Assembly: GCA_038087875.1 (NCBI GenBank)
Contig: JAXLNO010000544.1
Location: 1-64,000 of the forward strand
Length of the DNA stretch: 64,000 nt
Origin: Malacoraja senta
Taxonomy: Eukaryota
Direction: 5' to 3'
This document shows positions 35,568-48,109 of the stretch, piece by piece. Numbering within the stretch: position 1 is the first letter of the stretch; every line of letters begins with the position of its first letter. The notes beneath the pieces are model-generated. The model had not been told where the DNA came from. It ran no database searches and saw only the letters and a program-made list of their open reading frames with translations. A program made the translations under genes and the position numbers.

Positions 35568-36739
35568 GGTGGGGTGAGGGTGTTTCCCTGCTTTATGACT
35601 TTGACTCTAAAAACAGATTTGAAGTAAATGAAGACAAAAGGAACTGCAGAAGCTGCAATCGGAGATTGACAGATTCTTGATTAGTGCGGGTGTCAGCGGT
35701 TATAGGGAGAAGACAGGAGAATGGGGTAGAGAGGGAGATAGACCCGCCATCATTGAATGGCGGATTAGATTTGATGGGCCGAATGGCCTAATTCTGCTGC
35801 TAGAACATGAACAATCTTGCTGATGGTATGTCAGCTGTCCAATCCCTCCACAGAATCTGCCTGATCTGCTGAGGCCAGAATCTGTGGAATCCATTGGCAC
35901 ACACAGCTATGGAGGCCGATATTGGGTTTATTAAAGGCAGAGATAGATAGATTCTTGATTAGTACGAGTGTCAGGGGTTATCAGGAGAAGGCAGGAGAAT
36001 GGAGTTGAGAGGGAGCGATAGATCAGCCATGATTGAATGACGGAGTAGACTTGATGGGCCGAATGGCTTAATTCTGCTTCTAGAACATGAACAATCTTGC
36101 TGGAGGTACGTTGTCTTTACATTCCCTCCACAGACGCTGCCTGACCCGCTGAGTTCCTCCAGCTCTTTGCACCAACAGTCTGTCTGTTTTTTTGTCTTTT
36201 TTAGTGTGTGTTATAAGTTTGTGTAAATGTTCTCCGGTTTGTTTTATGTGGATGCCTCCTCGGACTGACTTGAGCCCCACTGCGGGGTGTGGACTTAACA
36301 TCGGAGCTGATCCCGTGCCTGGGATCGCTCCAACCGCGGCCTGCGGACTTACTATCAAGAGTTCGCAGTCTCGGGGGAAGCCGAGTCGAGAAGCTCCAAC
36401 GACCCAGAGGCTCGACCAGCCCCGACCCAGGGTCCGATCACCAGCGCAGGGGAGTTGACATCCCCCGATGTAGGAGCTGATTGCCCCGATGCGGAGGGCC
36501 CAAAAGCCACTGGCTACAGGAGTCAAGATCGTCCCATCAACGGAGGGCTTGAGGCCCCTGACCACGGGAGTGCATAGAAGGGAAGATAATTGATCATTTT
36601 TACACCTTCCATCACAGTGAGGAATGTGGAGGAGTCACTGTGGTGGATGTTTATGTTAAAATGTATTTTGTGTGTATCGTTGCTTTTTATTTGAATGACA
36701 GATATGGCAAATGAAATTCCTCGTGTGTTGCAAAACACA

Positions 36740-37580
36740 GTAATAGTAATAGTAATAGTAAACTTTATTGTCAGTTCAAATAATGCAACAAGTAGTTACA
36801 CAGAGGATTGAAATTGCGTTTCCCATACTCCAATGTGCAAGTAATATTTATAACACAGACAGACAATATACCAATAAAAATAGACAATGGACATATACAT
36901 TATATAAAATATTCATTAATAAAAGGTGCAATATAGAAAAGTGCAAATAGCATACTGCAGACATTGTGTTAAAGTTAATTTGACAGTCAGTTGGTCTTTG
37001 TTTGTGTAATGTTCATGGAATTTTCTTGAGTGTGTTGAGTAGTCTGATGGCCTGAGGGAAAAAGCTGTTTTTGAATCTGGTGGTTTTGCTCCGCATGCTG
37101 CGGTAGCGCTTGCCGGATGGTAGGAGGATGAACAGTTTGTGTGCTGGGTGGGTGGTGTCTTTGATGATATTCGTTGCTCTCTTGCGACAGCGAGATGGGT
37201 ATAAGTCCTGGATTGCTAGTTGGGGTGATCTAGTGATCTTCTCCGCTGTCCTCACCACTCTCTGTAGGGCCTTCTGGTCAGCAGCAGAGCAACTGCCATA
37301 CCAGACTGAGAGATTGCTGGTAAGAATGCTCTCAATGGCACCCCTGTAAAAAGTTGTGAGGGCAGAAGGGGGGAGGTCGGCTCTCCTCATCCGTCGAAGG
37401 AAGTGGAGGCATTGCTGTGCTTTCTTGACTAGGGAGATGGTGTTGGTGGACCATGTCTGATCATCTGTGATGTGTACTCCCAGGAACTTGGTGCTTTTCA
37501 CAGACTCCACTGCACTGCCATTTATGGTGAGTGGGGTGTGTGCTGTCTGTTTCTTCCTGAAGTCCACAGTTATTTCTTTT
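36740..37580 (-). mobile_element. Rex/Babar-like LINE 3' end with (TTACTA)n tail
   Basis: ORF 37013..37567 reads DFRKK...KFLGVHIT...KKAQQCLHFLRRMRR...FYRGAIESILT...LPSGKRYRS...SFFPQAIRLLN. Microsatellite tail at 36740-36761. Confidence 0.88.
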
Positions 37581-37964
37581 GTTTACCGGCCTCCAGATAA
37601 TACAGATTTATTTCAGTTTAGTTTATTGTTTCGTGCACCGAGGTACAGTGAAAAGCTTTTGTTGCGGCTAACCAGTCAGCAGAAAGACTGTACATGATTA
37701 CAACCAAGCCATTCACTGTGTACAGATACATGATAAAGGGAATAACGTTTAGTGCAATGTAAAGTCCAGTAAAGTCCGATTAAAGATTGCCCGAGGGTCT
37801 CCAACGAGGTAGATGGTAGCTCAGGACCGCTCTCTAGGGTTGATAGAACTAGACTCAGATTAGTTGTCGATAGATTCAGGGACAGTTTCTTCCCAGCTTA
37901 TGTCACTTGTTGGTGTTAAGACGGTTCAATTGCCTGCTACTGACCGACTAGATTACTGACCTAA

Positions 37965-38335
37965 GTGTGAGGTGTAGCATTTGGGGAAGTCAAATCAGGT
38001 CAAAACCTTCACATTGATTGTAGAGCAGAGGGATCTAGGAGTTCCCCAAAAGTGGTGTCACAGGCAGGTAGGGTGGTGAAGCAGACTTTTGGCACACTGG
38101 CCTTCATCAGTCAGGGAATTGAGTACAGAAGATGGAACGTTATGTTACAATTGTACAAGACTTTTGTGATGCTGAATTTGGAGTACTTTGTTCAGTTTGG
38201 ATCTCTGTGTTGTATGAAGTATGTCTTTAAGCTGGAAAGAGTGCATAGAAGTTTTAACGAGAATGTTGCCTGGGCTCGAGCTATAGGGAGAGGTTGTCCA
38301 GACTTGGACTATATTCTCTGGAGTGCAGGAGGCTA
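37965..38335 (+). mobile_element. Degraded CR1 fragment
   Basis: ORF 38052..38336 reads GTLAFISQGIEYR...MLQLYKT...LEYFVQF...KLERV. Confidence 0.75.
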
Positions 38336-38568
38336 ATGCCTAGTTAAACTGATCTTATCTGCCTGTACATGATCCATATCCCTCCATTCCCTGCACTTAC
38401 ATGTGACAATCCAAAAGCTTCTTCAAAGACATTATCATATCTACCACCACCATCACCCCTGGCAGAGCGTTCTAGACCCCCACCCCTCTCTGTGTAAAAA
38501 TCTTGCCCCGCACATCTCCATTAAACAGTCCCCCTCTCACCTTATATAGCTCTGCCCTCTAGTGTTGG

Positions 38569-40718
38569 CAGGGCTCTCGCTTAACTTTTTTCCCCTGTTG
38601 CCAGCCGGGCAACTTTGGCAGCTTTTTAGGTTGCCAAATGACAGTTTAGGTGGTCATTTAAGATGGCTTGCATGACGCGTGCCATAATGTGCTCGGACGA
38701 AGTGCGTAGTTACCAGTCGGAATTATACTCAATGAAGCATTCACATATTATTTCTGCTTCAAATAAAGTCACAAACTAAACATATTCACCAATCAAGACA
38801 TGATATATCCCACAATGACGCAGCAAAATTATAAGACTATCTCAACTCTTTTTACACATTGCAATTAATGCAATTTCTATTAGTTCTTTCCACTTCCAAA
38901 TAAAAATGTGGTTGGATTATTCAGCGTATGATCAACCTGTGTCAATAAATCCTGGACCATGGTAACATATAGTTGTGAATGTTGCTCATTAAATAACTAC
39001 AGGACTGATACTCCATATTAAGAGCATTGATTTGCCGTTAAAATGAATTCTGTAATAACGTGTCAACGGCAGCAGTGACAATCGAACACTGCGGTTTCAA
39101 TGTTTCACCTGTTCACAATTTAATTAATCCATCTTTATGGATTAAAACAGATAATAACATTTGGAATTAAAACACATTTGATTGCGTTCCGTTATCAAAC
39201 ATAGTCAATGTTTGCTCTGAAGACATTTCCAGCACAATAGGGTCAGGGAGGGGTGTGTGTGTGAATCAGTGCGGGGTGGATAGATGGCGGGGGTGGGGGG
39301 GGGGGGGGGGTTAGAAGGCAGTCGGTGCAGAATGGATGGATTGAGGCAGGTGAATTAGTACGTGTTGGTTGGAGTAGGTAAAATTGTGAGGGGAGAGCAC
39401 CGGGGATGTCAGTGGTGTTGAATGGGGTGGGGGGGGGGGGGGTTCAGTACGGGTTGGATGGGGGTAGACAAAAGTGCTGGAGAAACTCAGCGGGTGAAGC
39501 AGCATCTATTGAGCGAAGGAAATAGGCAACGTTTCGGGTCGAGACCCTTCTTCAGACTGTTCCCCCCATTCTTCTTGAATGGGAGGATCAGTACAGGATG
39601 GATGGGGGGGGGAGATCAGCACAGGATGAATGGAGGAGGGGTGTCAGTACAGTGTGGATCGGAGGGTCTGTGCAGGATGAATGGGGGAGAAGTGCAGGAT
39701 GGATGGGAAAGGGGTAAGTACAGGGTGAATTGGGGAACCAGTGTAGGATGGATGGGGGGGCGAGGGGGTGGCAGGAGAATCAATGCGAGGTGGATAGGGT
39801 GATCAGCGCAGGATGAATAAATGGGGGGGGATAGATGGGGAGGGGAGCACAGGGGATGTCAGTGAGGACTGAATAGAGGCGGGAATGGGGATCAGTGCGG
39901 GATGGAGTGGAGGGGTCCCAGGATAAGGGGGTGTAGCGGGCGTACGAGAGAGAGAGAGAGAGAGGGAGAATGGGGGCGAGGTGGGGAGGAAGGAAGGTCA
40001 GCGCTCCTTGGACAACATCGCCCCGCTGCCTTGGCCGTTGGGAACTCCTCGCCACCGCCTCCCTCCTCCGCCAGCCACTCCTCGCCACCGCCTCCCTCCT
40101 CCGAGATCCTATAGCTATAAGATCTTTGGTGTAGCTGCTTCAGACGAGTCGGAGCGAATGACGGGCCCCGCACAGCGGCAGCAGCGGCCGCGAACAGCAG
40201 CTCCATCGCCTCCTCCTCCTGCCCGCCCTGATAAGGGCCTCTGCTTGTAAATCCGGTAACGGCGCAAAACAAACCCTCCCGCACTCCGAGGCCCCCCCCC
40301 TCCCTCCCTCCCTCCTCCCGGCCTCGGAGTGTGGGAGGATTTGTTTTGAAAGCGCGGTTAGCGGATTTACAAGCAGCAGCCCTTATCAGAGCGGGCGGGG
40401 GGCGGGAGGAGGAGAAGATGGAGCTGCTGTTCGCGGCCGCTGCTGCCGCTGTTCGGGGCCCGTCATTCACTCCGACCCTTCCTCACCCCGCACCTAGTAT
40501 ATTTGCCCCGCAACACAGCCGCCGCCGACACGAAACGTCGCGTTCCTTTTCTCCAGAGATGCTGCCTGACCCGCGGAGTTACTCCAGTTTTTTGTGTCTA
40601 TCTTCGGTACAAACCAGTATCTGGTTGCCAAGCTGGGCAAAATGACTCGGTGTTTAGGTTGCCCGGCGCCGCTTTGAGTGGTCAGTGGCACCCGGGCAAC
40701 CGCTAATTTCGAGCCCTG
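38569..40718. mobile_element. Non-autonomous hAT-like DNA transposon (2.15 kb) without a TSD
   Basis: Imperfect TIRs CAGGGCTCTCGCTTAAC / GCTAATTTCGAGCCCTG. Subterminal GTTGCC / CCGGGCAAC motifs at both ends. No transposase ORF. Confidence 0.75.
39525..39558 (-). ncRNA. Minimal hammerhead ribozyme-like core in a Penelope pLTR copy
   Basis: Reverse complement reads AGU CUGAAGA A GGGU-CUCG-ACCC GAAA CGUU GCC. Confidence 0.55.
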
Positions 40719-41240
40719 CTGCATCAGTTCATCAGCTCGCCAACAGTATTTAGCTGAATACCTCTGTACATGTTGAAAGTCTTGGATTGACAGATCAACT
40801 CCATAGCTGGATGTTGCAACAGAACTAGTATTCACTTCTTTTCTGTGTTCCTTCCTAGAATAATATTTTCCACAGAGTATAGTTGAATAATAGTTAACTC
40901 TCTACTATATCTTCACATTTACCTTGCATATTTTAAATTGTCAAGTTCGTTTTATTCCCATCTGAGATAGCTCTTCTGGCTCACTACCCAGACACTATTT
41001 TATCTTCTCCCCAAAATCCACAAACACAACTGTCCTGACAGACCCATTGTTTCTGTTTCTGTCCCACCAAATTAATTTCCACATACCTCGACTCCATCCT
41101 ATCCCCTCTGGTCCAATCCCTCCCCACCCATGTCCAAGACACCTCACACGCTCTTCGCCTCCTCAATGACTTCCGTTTTCCAGGCCCCCACTCCCTCATC
41201 TACTATGGATGTCCAGTCACTACACCTCCATCCCCCACCA

Positions 41241-43210
41241 GGGTTGAGTCAAAGATCACGCCAAGGTTGCGTGCCTGAGGAGATGGGGAGACAATGGTGC
41301 CGTCAATAGTGAGAGTGGGGTTGTTAATTTTAGTGAGTGTTGATTTGGAGCCAATGAGGAGAAATTCTGTTTTGCTACTGTTTAATTTAAGGAAGTTGAG
41401 TTGCATCCAAGATTTGATGGCTGATAGGCAGGAATTGATATGGGAGAGAGGGGGGTGGTGGGGGGACTTGGTGCTGAGATAGATCTGGGTGTCATCAGCA
41501 TAGCAGTGGAACTCCAGGTTGAAGTGACGGAGTATATGACCAAGGGGGAGGATGTAGATGATGAAGAGGAGGGGACCAAGAACGGAGCCTTGGGGAACGC
41601 CTTGAGTGACAGTGGCTGTGGCAGAGGTGTGGTTATGGAGAGAGATGAAGTGGGATCGGTTGGAAAGGGAGGAAGGGAGCCAGCTGAGTGCAGAACCTTC
41701 AATGCCAAGGTCCCTAAGTCTGGTGAGCAGGATGTTATGATTCACGGTATAGAAGGCTGCACTCAGGTCGAGGAGGATGAGGATATTGAGGGAGCCAGTG
41801 TCAGCAGAGGTAAGGAGGTCATTGAGGACTTTGAGGAGAGCAGTTTCTGTGCTATGGAGGGGGCGAAAGCCAGATTGGAGGGGTTCAAATAGGTTATACG
41901 CGAGGAGGTGGGAATGAAGTTGTGACGCGACGATACGCTCCAGGGTTTTTGAAAGAAAGGGGAGGTTTGAGATAGGGTGGTAGTTAATGAGCGAGGAGGG
42001 ATCAAGACCAGGTTTCTTTAAGATTGGTGTGACAGCAGCAGTTTTGAAAGCAGAGGGGACAATGAGGAGTTGAAGAGATTAGTGAGGTAGGGGCAGAGAG
42101 CGGGGAGACAGGACTTCAGCAGGGGAGTGGGGAGAGGGTCGAGGGAGCAGGTAGTGGGTTTGGAAGAGCTGATGAGTTTGGAGATTTCAGTAGAGGTGAC
42201 CGGGTCAAACTGGGAGAGGAAGCAGTGAGGGGGAGGGGTATGGAGATCAGCAGAGATGTTGAAAGGAGGGGCCTTGGTAGGTGGTGGAGTAGATGCTGGG
42301 GAGTCAGGTACAGGGGATAAGGATTGATAGATGGTGCTGATTTTGTCAGCAAAAAAGTGGAGGAATGAGTTGCAGAGATCCGGAGTGGAGGTAGGGAGAG
42401 TGTTGGCTCGAGGTTTGAGGAGGTTGCACACTGTGGAGAACAGGGTTCTGTGGTTTAGGCAGGGGTCGGTGAATATGGAGGAGAGGTATGCAGATTTAGC
42501 AGCAATGAGGGCATCTTTGTAGGCAGTGAGGTGGAGTTTGTAAGCTTCATGGTGGACTGTGAGAGGTGATTTCTTTATGAGTCGTTCAAGTCGGCGACCA
42601 ATCTGTTTCAGCTTAGGAAGTGCAGGTGTGTACCAGGGTGAAGATTTATTAAACGTTACGGTTCTTGTTTTGAGGGGAGCCAGAGTGTTAAGGGAGGGAG
42701 ACAAGGTGGAATTGAGTTGGTTTGTGAGATCATCAGGTGAGATGTGGGTTGGGTCCAGGGGGAGAGTGGTGGAGAGCAGGTCAGAGAGATGGTGAGGGTC
42801 GATGGATTTTAGATTACGGAAGGTGATTTCTCGGAGGAAGCGGGGGCGAGGTGTCGGAGAAGGGATGGTGAACCGTATAAGCTTATGATCAGAGAGGGGG
42901 AAGAGGCATGGATGGAGGTCGAGTACCGGTTGATTTGTGGAGCAGACCAGGTCAAGGATGTGACCTTTGTCATGAGTGGGAAAGGTGACGTGCTGAGTGA
43001 GAGAGAAGTTGTCAAGTAGAAAAGCGAATTCAGATGCGAACTTGCAGGTGGGGGAGTCCATATGAATGTTTAAGTCACCAAGTAGCAGCAGACGTGGGGT
43101 GAGAGATGAGACAAGTGTGAGGAATTCAGTGAAGTCAGATAGGAAGGAGGGGTTTGGTTTAGGTGGCCGGTAAATGAGGATGACTGTCATGGAGGAAAGG
43201 GCTTTGAGGA
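41241..43210 (-). mobile_element. L2-clade LINE ORF2 fragment (AP endonuclease + RT), frameshifted
   Basis: ORFs 42018..43271 (IYRPPK, LLGDLNIH, GHILDLV, SDH, TTCSLDPLPT) and 41203..41745 (GVPQGSVLGPLLF, YADDTQIY, NLGVIFDS). Confidence 0.9.
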
Positions 43211-43940
43211 TGAGGGGGGATCTTATAGAAACATATAAGTTCCCCATTTTTGTTGGGGAAGTCCAGAACAAGGGGTCACAGTTTAAGGATAAGGGGGAAA
43301 TCTTTTAGGACCGAGATGAGGAAAACATTTTTCACACAGAGAGTGGTGAATCTCTGGAATTCTCTGCCACAGAAGGTAGTTGAGGCCAGTTCATTGGCTA
43401 TATTTAAGAGGGAGTTAGATGTGGCCCTTGTGGCTAAAGGGATCAGGGGGTATGGAGAGAAAGCAGGTACAGGATACTGAGTTGGATGATCAGCCATGAT
43501 CATATTGAATGGCGGTGCAGGCTCGAAGGGCCGAATGGCCTACTGCACCTATTTTCTATGTTTCTATAAAATTATAAAAGGACTGGACAAGCTAGATGTA
43601 GGAAAAATGTTCCCAATGTTGGGCGAGTCCAGACCCAGGGGCCACAGTCTTAGAATAAAGGGGAGGTCATTTAATACTGAGGTGTGAAAAAACTTTTTCA
43701 CCCAGAGAGTTGTGAATTTATGGAATTCCCTGCCACAGAGGGCAGTAGAGGCCAAATCACTGGATGGATTTAAGAGAGGGTTAGATAGAGCTCTAGGGGT
43801 TAGTGGAGTCAAGGGATATGGGGAGAAGACAGGCACGGGTTATTGATAGGGGACGATCAGCAATGATCACAATGAATGGCGGTGCTGGCTCGAAGGGCTG
43901 AATGGCCTCCTCCTGCACCTATTTTCTATGTTTCTATGTT
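43211..43940 (+). mobile_element. Two tandem 5'-truncated CR1 3' ends (junction ~43566)
   Basis: Each has SR(T/P)RGHSLRI...FFTQRVVNLWNSLP and a TTTCTATG tail. Confidence 0.88.
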
Positions 43941-44803
43941 TCCTCCGCCTAGCGGAGCTGGTCCTTACCCTCAACAACTTCTCCTTCGACTCCTCCCACT
44001 TTCTCCAAAACCAAGGCGTAGCTACGGGGCACTCGCATGGGCCCCAGCTATGCCTGCCTCTTTGTATGGTGCATCGTACAATCCTTGTTTGAGGCATACC
44101 GTGGCCCTATCCCCAAACTCTACCTCCGCTACATTGACGACTGCATTGGTGCCACCTCCTGCACCCATGCAGAACTCACTGACTTCATCCACTTCACCAC
44201 TAATTTCCATCCTGCACTCAAATTTACTTGGACCATCTCCGACATCTCCCTACCGTTGCTAGATCTCATCGTCTCCATCACAGGAAACAGACTATTGACT
44301 GACATCTACTACAAACCTACTGACTCCCATAGCTATCTGGACAACAATTCTTCCCACCCTGCTTCCTGTAAGGACTCTATCCCTTACTCCCATTTCCTCC
44401 GTCTACGCCGCATCTGCACCCAGGATGAGGTGTTCCATACCAGGGCATCAGAGATGTCCTCATTCTTTAGGAAACGGGAGTTCCCCTCTTCTATTATAGA
44501 TGAGGCTCTCACTGGGGTCTCCTTGATATCACGCAGCTCCGCTCTTGCTCCCGCTCCCCCCATTCGTAACAAGGACAGAGTCCCCCTTGTTCCCACCTTC
44601 CACCCCATCAGCCGTCGCATACAGCATATAATCCTCTAACATTTTCGCCACCTCCAACAGGATCCCACTACTGGCCACATCTTCCCATCTCCACCCCTTT
44701 CTGCTTACCGCAGAGACCGTTCCCTCCAAAACTCCCTGGTCAACTCGTCCCTTCCCACCCAAACCATCCCCTCCAGTCTCCATCCCATCCCCTCCAAACG
44801 TCC

Positions 44804-44837
44804 AGTCTGAAGAAGGGTTTCGGCCCGAAACGTTGCC
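44804..44837 (+). ncRNA. Minimal hammerhead ribozyme-like core in a pLTR insert (44775-44896)
   Basis: AGU CUGAAGA A GGGU-UUCG-GCCC GAAA CGUU GCC. The insert is flanked by direct repeat ACCATCCCCTCC. Confidence 0.55.
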
Positions 44838-45673
44838 TATTTCCTTTGCTCCATGGATGCTGCTGCACCCGCTGAGTTTCTCCAGCATTTTTGTGTACCA
44901 TCCCCTCCCCTGGTACTTTCCCCTGCAACCGCAGGAGATGCAACACCTGTCACTTTACCTCCCCCCTCGACTCCATCCAAGGACCCAGTCTTTCCAGATG
45001 AGGCAGAGGTTCACTTGCACCTCCTCCAACCTTATCTACTGTATCCGCTGTTCCAGGTATTAACTTCTCTACATCGGCGAGACCAGGCGCAGGCTTGGTG
45101 ATCGTTTCACTGAACACCTCCGCTCAGTCTGTCTTAACTTACCTGATTTAATGGTGGCTCAGCATTTCAACTCCCCCTCCCATTCCCAATCTGACCTTTC
45201 TGTCCTGGGCCTCCTCCATTGTCAGAGTGAGGCCCAGCACAAATTGGTGGAACACCACCTAATATTTTGCTTGGGTAGTTTACACCCCAGCAGTATGAAC
45301 ATTGACTTCTCTAACTTCAAATAGCCCCTGCTTTCCCTCTCTCTCCATCCCCTCCCCCTTCCCAGTTCTCCCACCAGTCTTACTGTCTCCGACTACATTC
45401 TATCTCTGTCCCGCCCCCTCACCTGACATGAGTCTGAAAAAGGGTCTTGACCAGAAACATCACCCATTCCTTCTCTCCAGAGGTGCTGCCTGATCCGCTG
45501 AGTTACTCCAGCACTCTGTGTCTACCTCGCTCTTGCACATCTCCTTTATGCTTGCATCTTATACCCTCTAGTATTTGATATTCCCACCTTGAAATTAAGG
45601 TTCTGACTGTCTACCCTGTCTATGAATCTCATAATTGTATATACTTCCATCAGGTTTAGCTATACCTATACAC

Positions 45674-46170
45674 ATTGGAGTGCAGCGTAGGTTCACGAGG
45701 TTAATACCCGGGATGGCAGGACTGTCATATGTTGATAGATTGGAGCAGCTGGGCTTGCATACTCTGGAATTTAGAAGGATGAGCGGGGATCTTATTGAAA
45801 CATATAAGAGTATTAAGGGTTTGAACACGGTAGAGGCAGGAAACATGTTCCCAAGGTTGGGGGAGTCCAGAACCAGGGGCCATAGTTTAAGAATAAGTGG
45901 TAAGGCATTATAGAACAGAGATGAGGAAAAACCTTTTCACACAGAGAGTTGTGAGTCTGTGGAATTCTCTGCCTCAGAGGGTGGTGGAGGCTGGTTCTCT
46001 GGATGCTTTCAAGAGAGAGTTAGATAGCGCTCTTAGCGATAGCAGAGTTAAGGAATATGGAGAGATGGCAGGAACGGGGTACTGATTGTGGATGATCAGC
46101 CATGATCACATTGAATGGCGGTGCTGGCTCGAAGGGCCGAATGGCCTACTCCTACACCTATTGTCTATTG
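45674..46170 (+). mobile_element. CR1 3' end
   Basis: GVQRRFTRLIPGM...SRTRGHSLRI; tail CTATTGTCTATTGT. Confidence 0.88.
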
Positions 46171-46939
46171 TAAGATTAATCATACTTTTCATCCGTGATG
46201 GATATTGGACAGTATCAAAACCACTGCGGCCCCATAGCAGAAGCGTCCCCGTCGCGGGGCTGGAAACTGGAACTATCCTGAGCAACAAGTGATGGCTCCT
46301 ACTGATTCCGGAAGTTTGCGTCCTTTTCAGGACGCACGATGACAGCGATGTCAACATTTGAAACATGGAAGATGGACACGAAAGAAGAAGAAAGCCACTG
46401 CGAGTTCATCTATCCTGATGATGTGTCATTCCATTAATAGATTAATCGATGAGTAATTATCGTGAATTTATCCGCATGCCATTGTGTTTAGGGGCCTGTA
46501 AAGCTGCAGCAAGTAAGAATTTCATTGTTTTGTTGCCAGTAAATACGGGAATTAAACACTGCACTCCCAAACGCGAGGATGGTACATACTGTGGAAAAAT
46601 ATGCCTGCAGCTCCCTCTGCAGTCAAAATGCAGTCTATTTTAGTAAGAATCCACCTCTGCTTTGGAAGTCAGTGAAAACTTTCATCATTTTGGAATTTAT
46701 ATTCTTTACATTCATACAGTCAAACAGCTCGGAACAGGACCTTCAGACCAACTCGTCCATGCCAAGATGCTCCATCTAAGCTTGTCCCATTTTACAGGTA
46801 CATAATTCATTGCATGACATTGCATTGCATGGCAGGGCATAGAAAGGAACTGCAGATGCTGGTTTACACCGAAGATAGACACAAAATGCTAACTCAGGGG
46901 GACATCTCAGTGGCATCTCCGGTAGATAAGATGGTCAAA

Positions 46940-47545
46940 AAGGCTTGGCACAGTGGCCTTCATCAGTCAGAGCATTAAGTATAGGTTAGGAGGTCACGTT
47001 GCAGTTATATAACACGTTGGTGATTTAGAGTATTGTGTTCAGTTTTGGGCACCATGCTATGTTGTCAAGTTAGAAAGGGTGTAGAGAAGATTTACGATGA
47101 TGTTGCCAGGACTAAAGGGTCTGAGCTATAGGCAGAGGTTGATTAGGCTGGGACTCTATTTCTTGGAGCGCAGAAGAATGAGGGGTGATCTGATAGAGGT
47201 GTACAAAATCACGAGGAATAGATCGGGTAGACACACAGAGTCTCTTGCAGAGTAGGTGAATCGAGAACCACAGGACATAGGTTTAAGATGAGGGGGAAAA
47301 GATTTAATAGGAACCTGAGGGGCAACTTTTTCACACAAAGGGCGGTGGGTGTATGGAACAAGGTGCCAGAGGAGGTAGTTAAGGCAAGGACTATCGCAAC
47401 GTTGAGGAAGCAGTTGGACAGGTACATGGATAGGACAAGTTTAGAGGGATATGGACCAAATGCGGGCAGGTGGGACTGGTGTAGCTGGGAAATGTTGGCC
47501 GGTGTTGGTCTGAAGGGCATGTTTCCATGCTGTATAACTCTATGT
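46940..47545 (+). mobile_element. CR1 3' end (second subfamily)
   Basis: RGKRFNRNLRGNFFTQRAVGVWN...LDRYMDR...GYGPNAGRWD. Confidence 0.85.
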
Positions 47546-48109
47546 AGGCAGCTTTATCTCATGGGAGTGGGATATCTCAAGTACACACTATCATGTAGAG
47601 ACAAAGAACTTCAGATGCTGGTTTGTACCAAAAATATTGCCCAGTTAATTCATAGAAACATAGAAGATAGGTGCAGGAGTAAGCCATTTGGCCCATCGAA
47701 CCAGCACTACCATTCAATATGATCATGGCTGATCATCCACAATCAGTACCCCACTCCTGCTTTTTCCCCATATCCCTTGATTCTAGATAGGATAAATCTA
47801 ACCCATACCAGCCAATCCTCCCACTCAACCTCCAGAAAAGTGATGGAAGGTGTGATAATTTATCCTATTCAAGTGTTTAAATGCTCTTATTGTATCTGCC
47901 TCAGTCACCTATCCATGTTCTCCAGAGATGCAGCCTGACCCGCTGAGTTACTCCAGCACTCTGTGTCTTTTGGTAAACCAGCACCTGCAATTCCTAATCA
48001 TGCCCTCCTCAGATTATAACTACCTGATTCCCGGCTCCGTGACACTACAACAATGATGTACATTGAGGAGTCAAACCCAACCGACTTCAGCTATGAAATG
48101 GGCAGCCAT

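Larger units (their letters stand above)
40985..45526 (+). mobile_element. Penelope-like retroelement (RT + GIY-YIG + 3' pLTR), degraded and split by nested LINEs at ~41241-43940
   Basis: PKIHK..RPIVS and MDVQSL..SIPH at 41.0-41.24 kb. LAELVLTLNNFSF, MGPSYACLF, RYIDD and YYKPTDSH at 43.94-44.64 kb. LIYCIRC..YIGET..L.DRF.EH at 45.03-45.12 kb. Confidence 0.9.

Noticed and set aside
32779..40645. Duplicated 190-aa ORFs (MNDGPRTAAAAA...) as a gene pair
   Set aside because: They sit in the palindromic interior of a non-autonomous transposon and are mirrored on both strands by the palindrome, with no recognisable domain.
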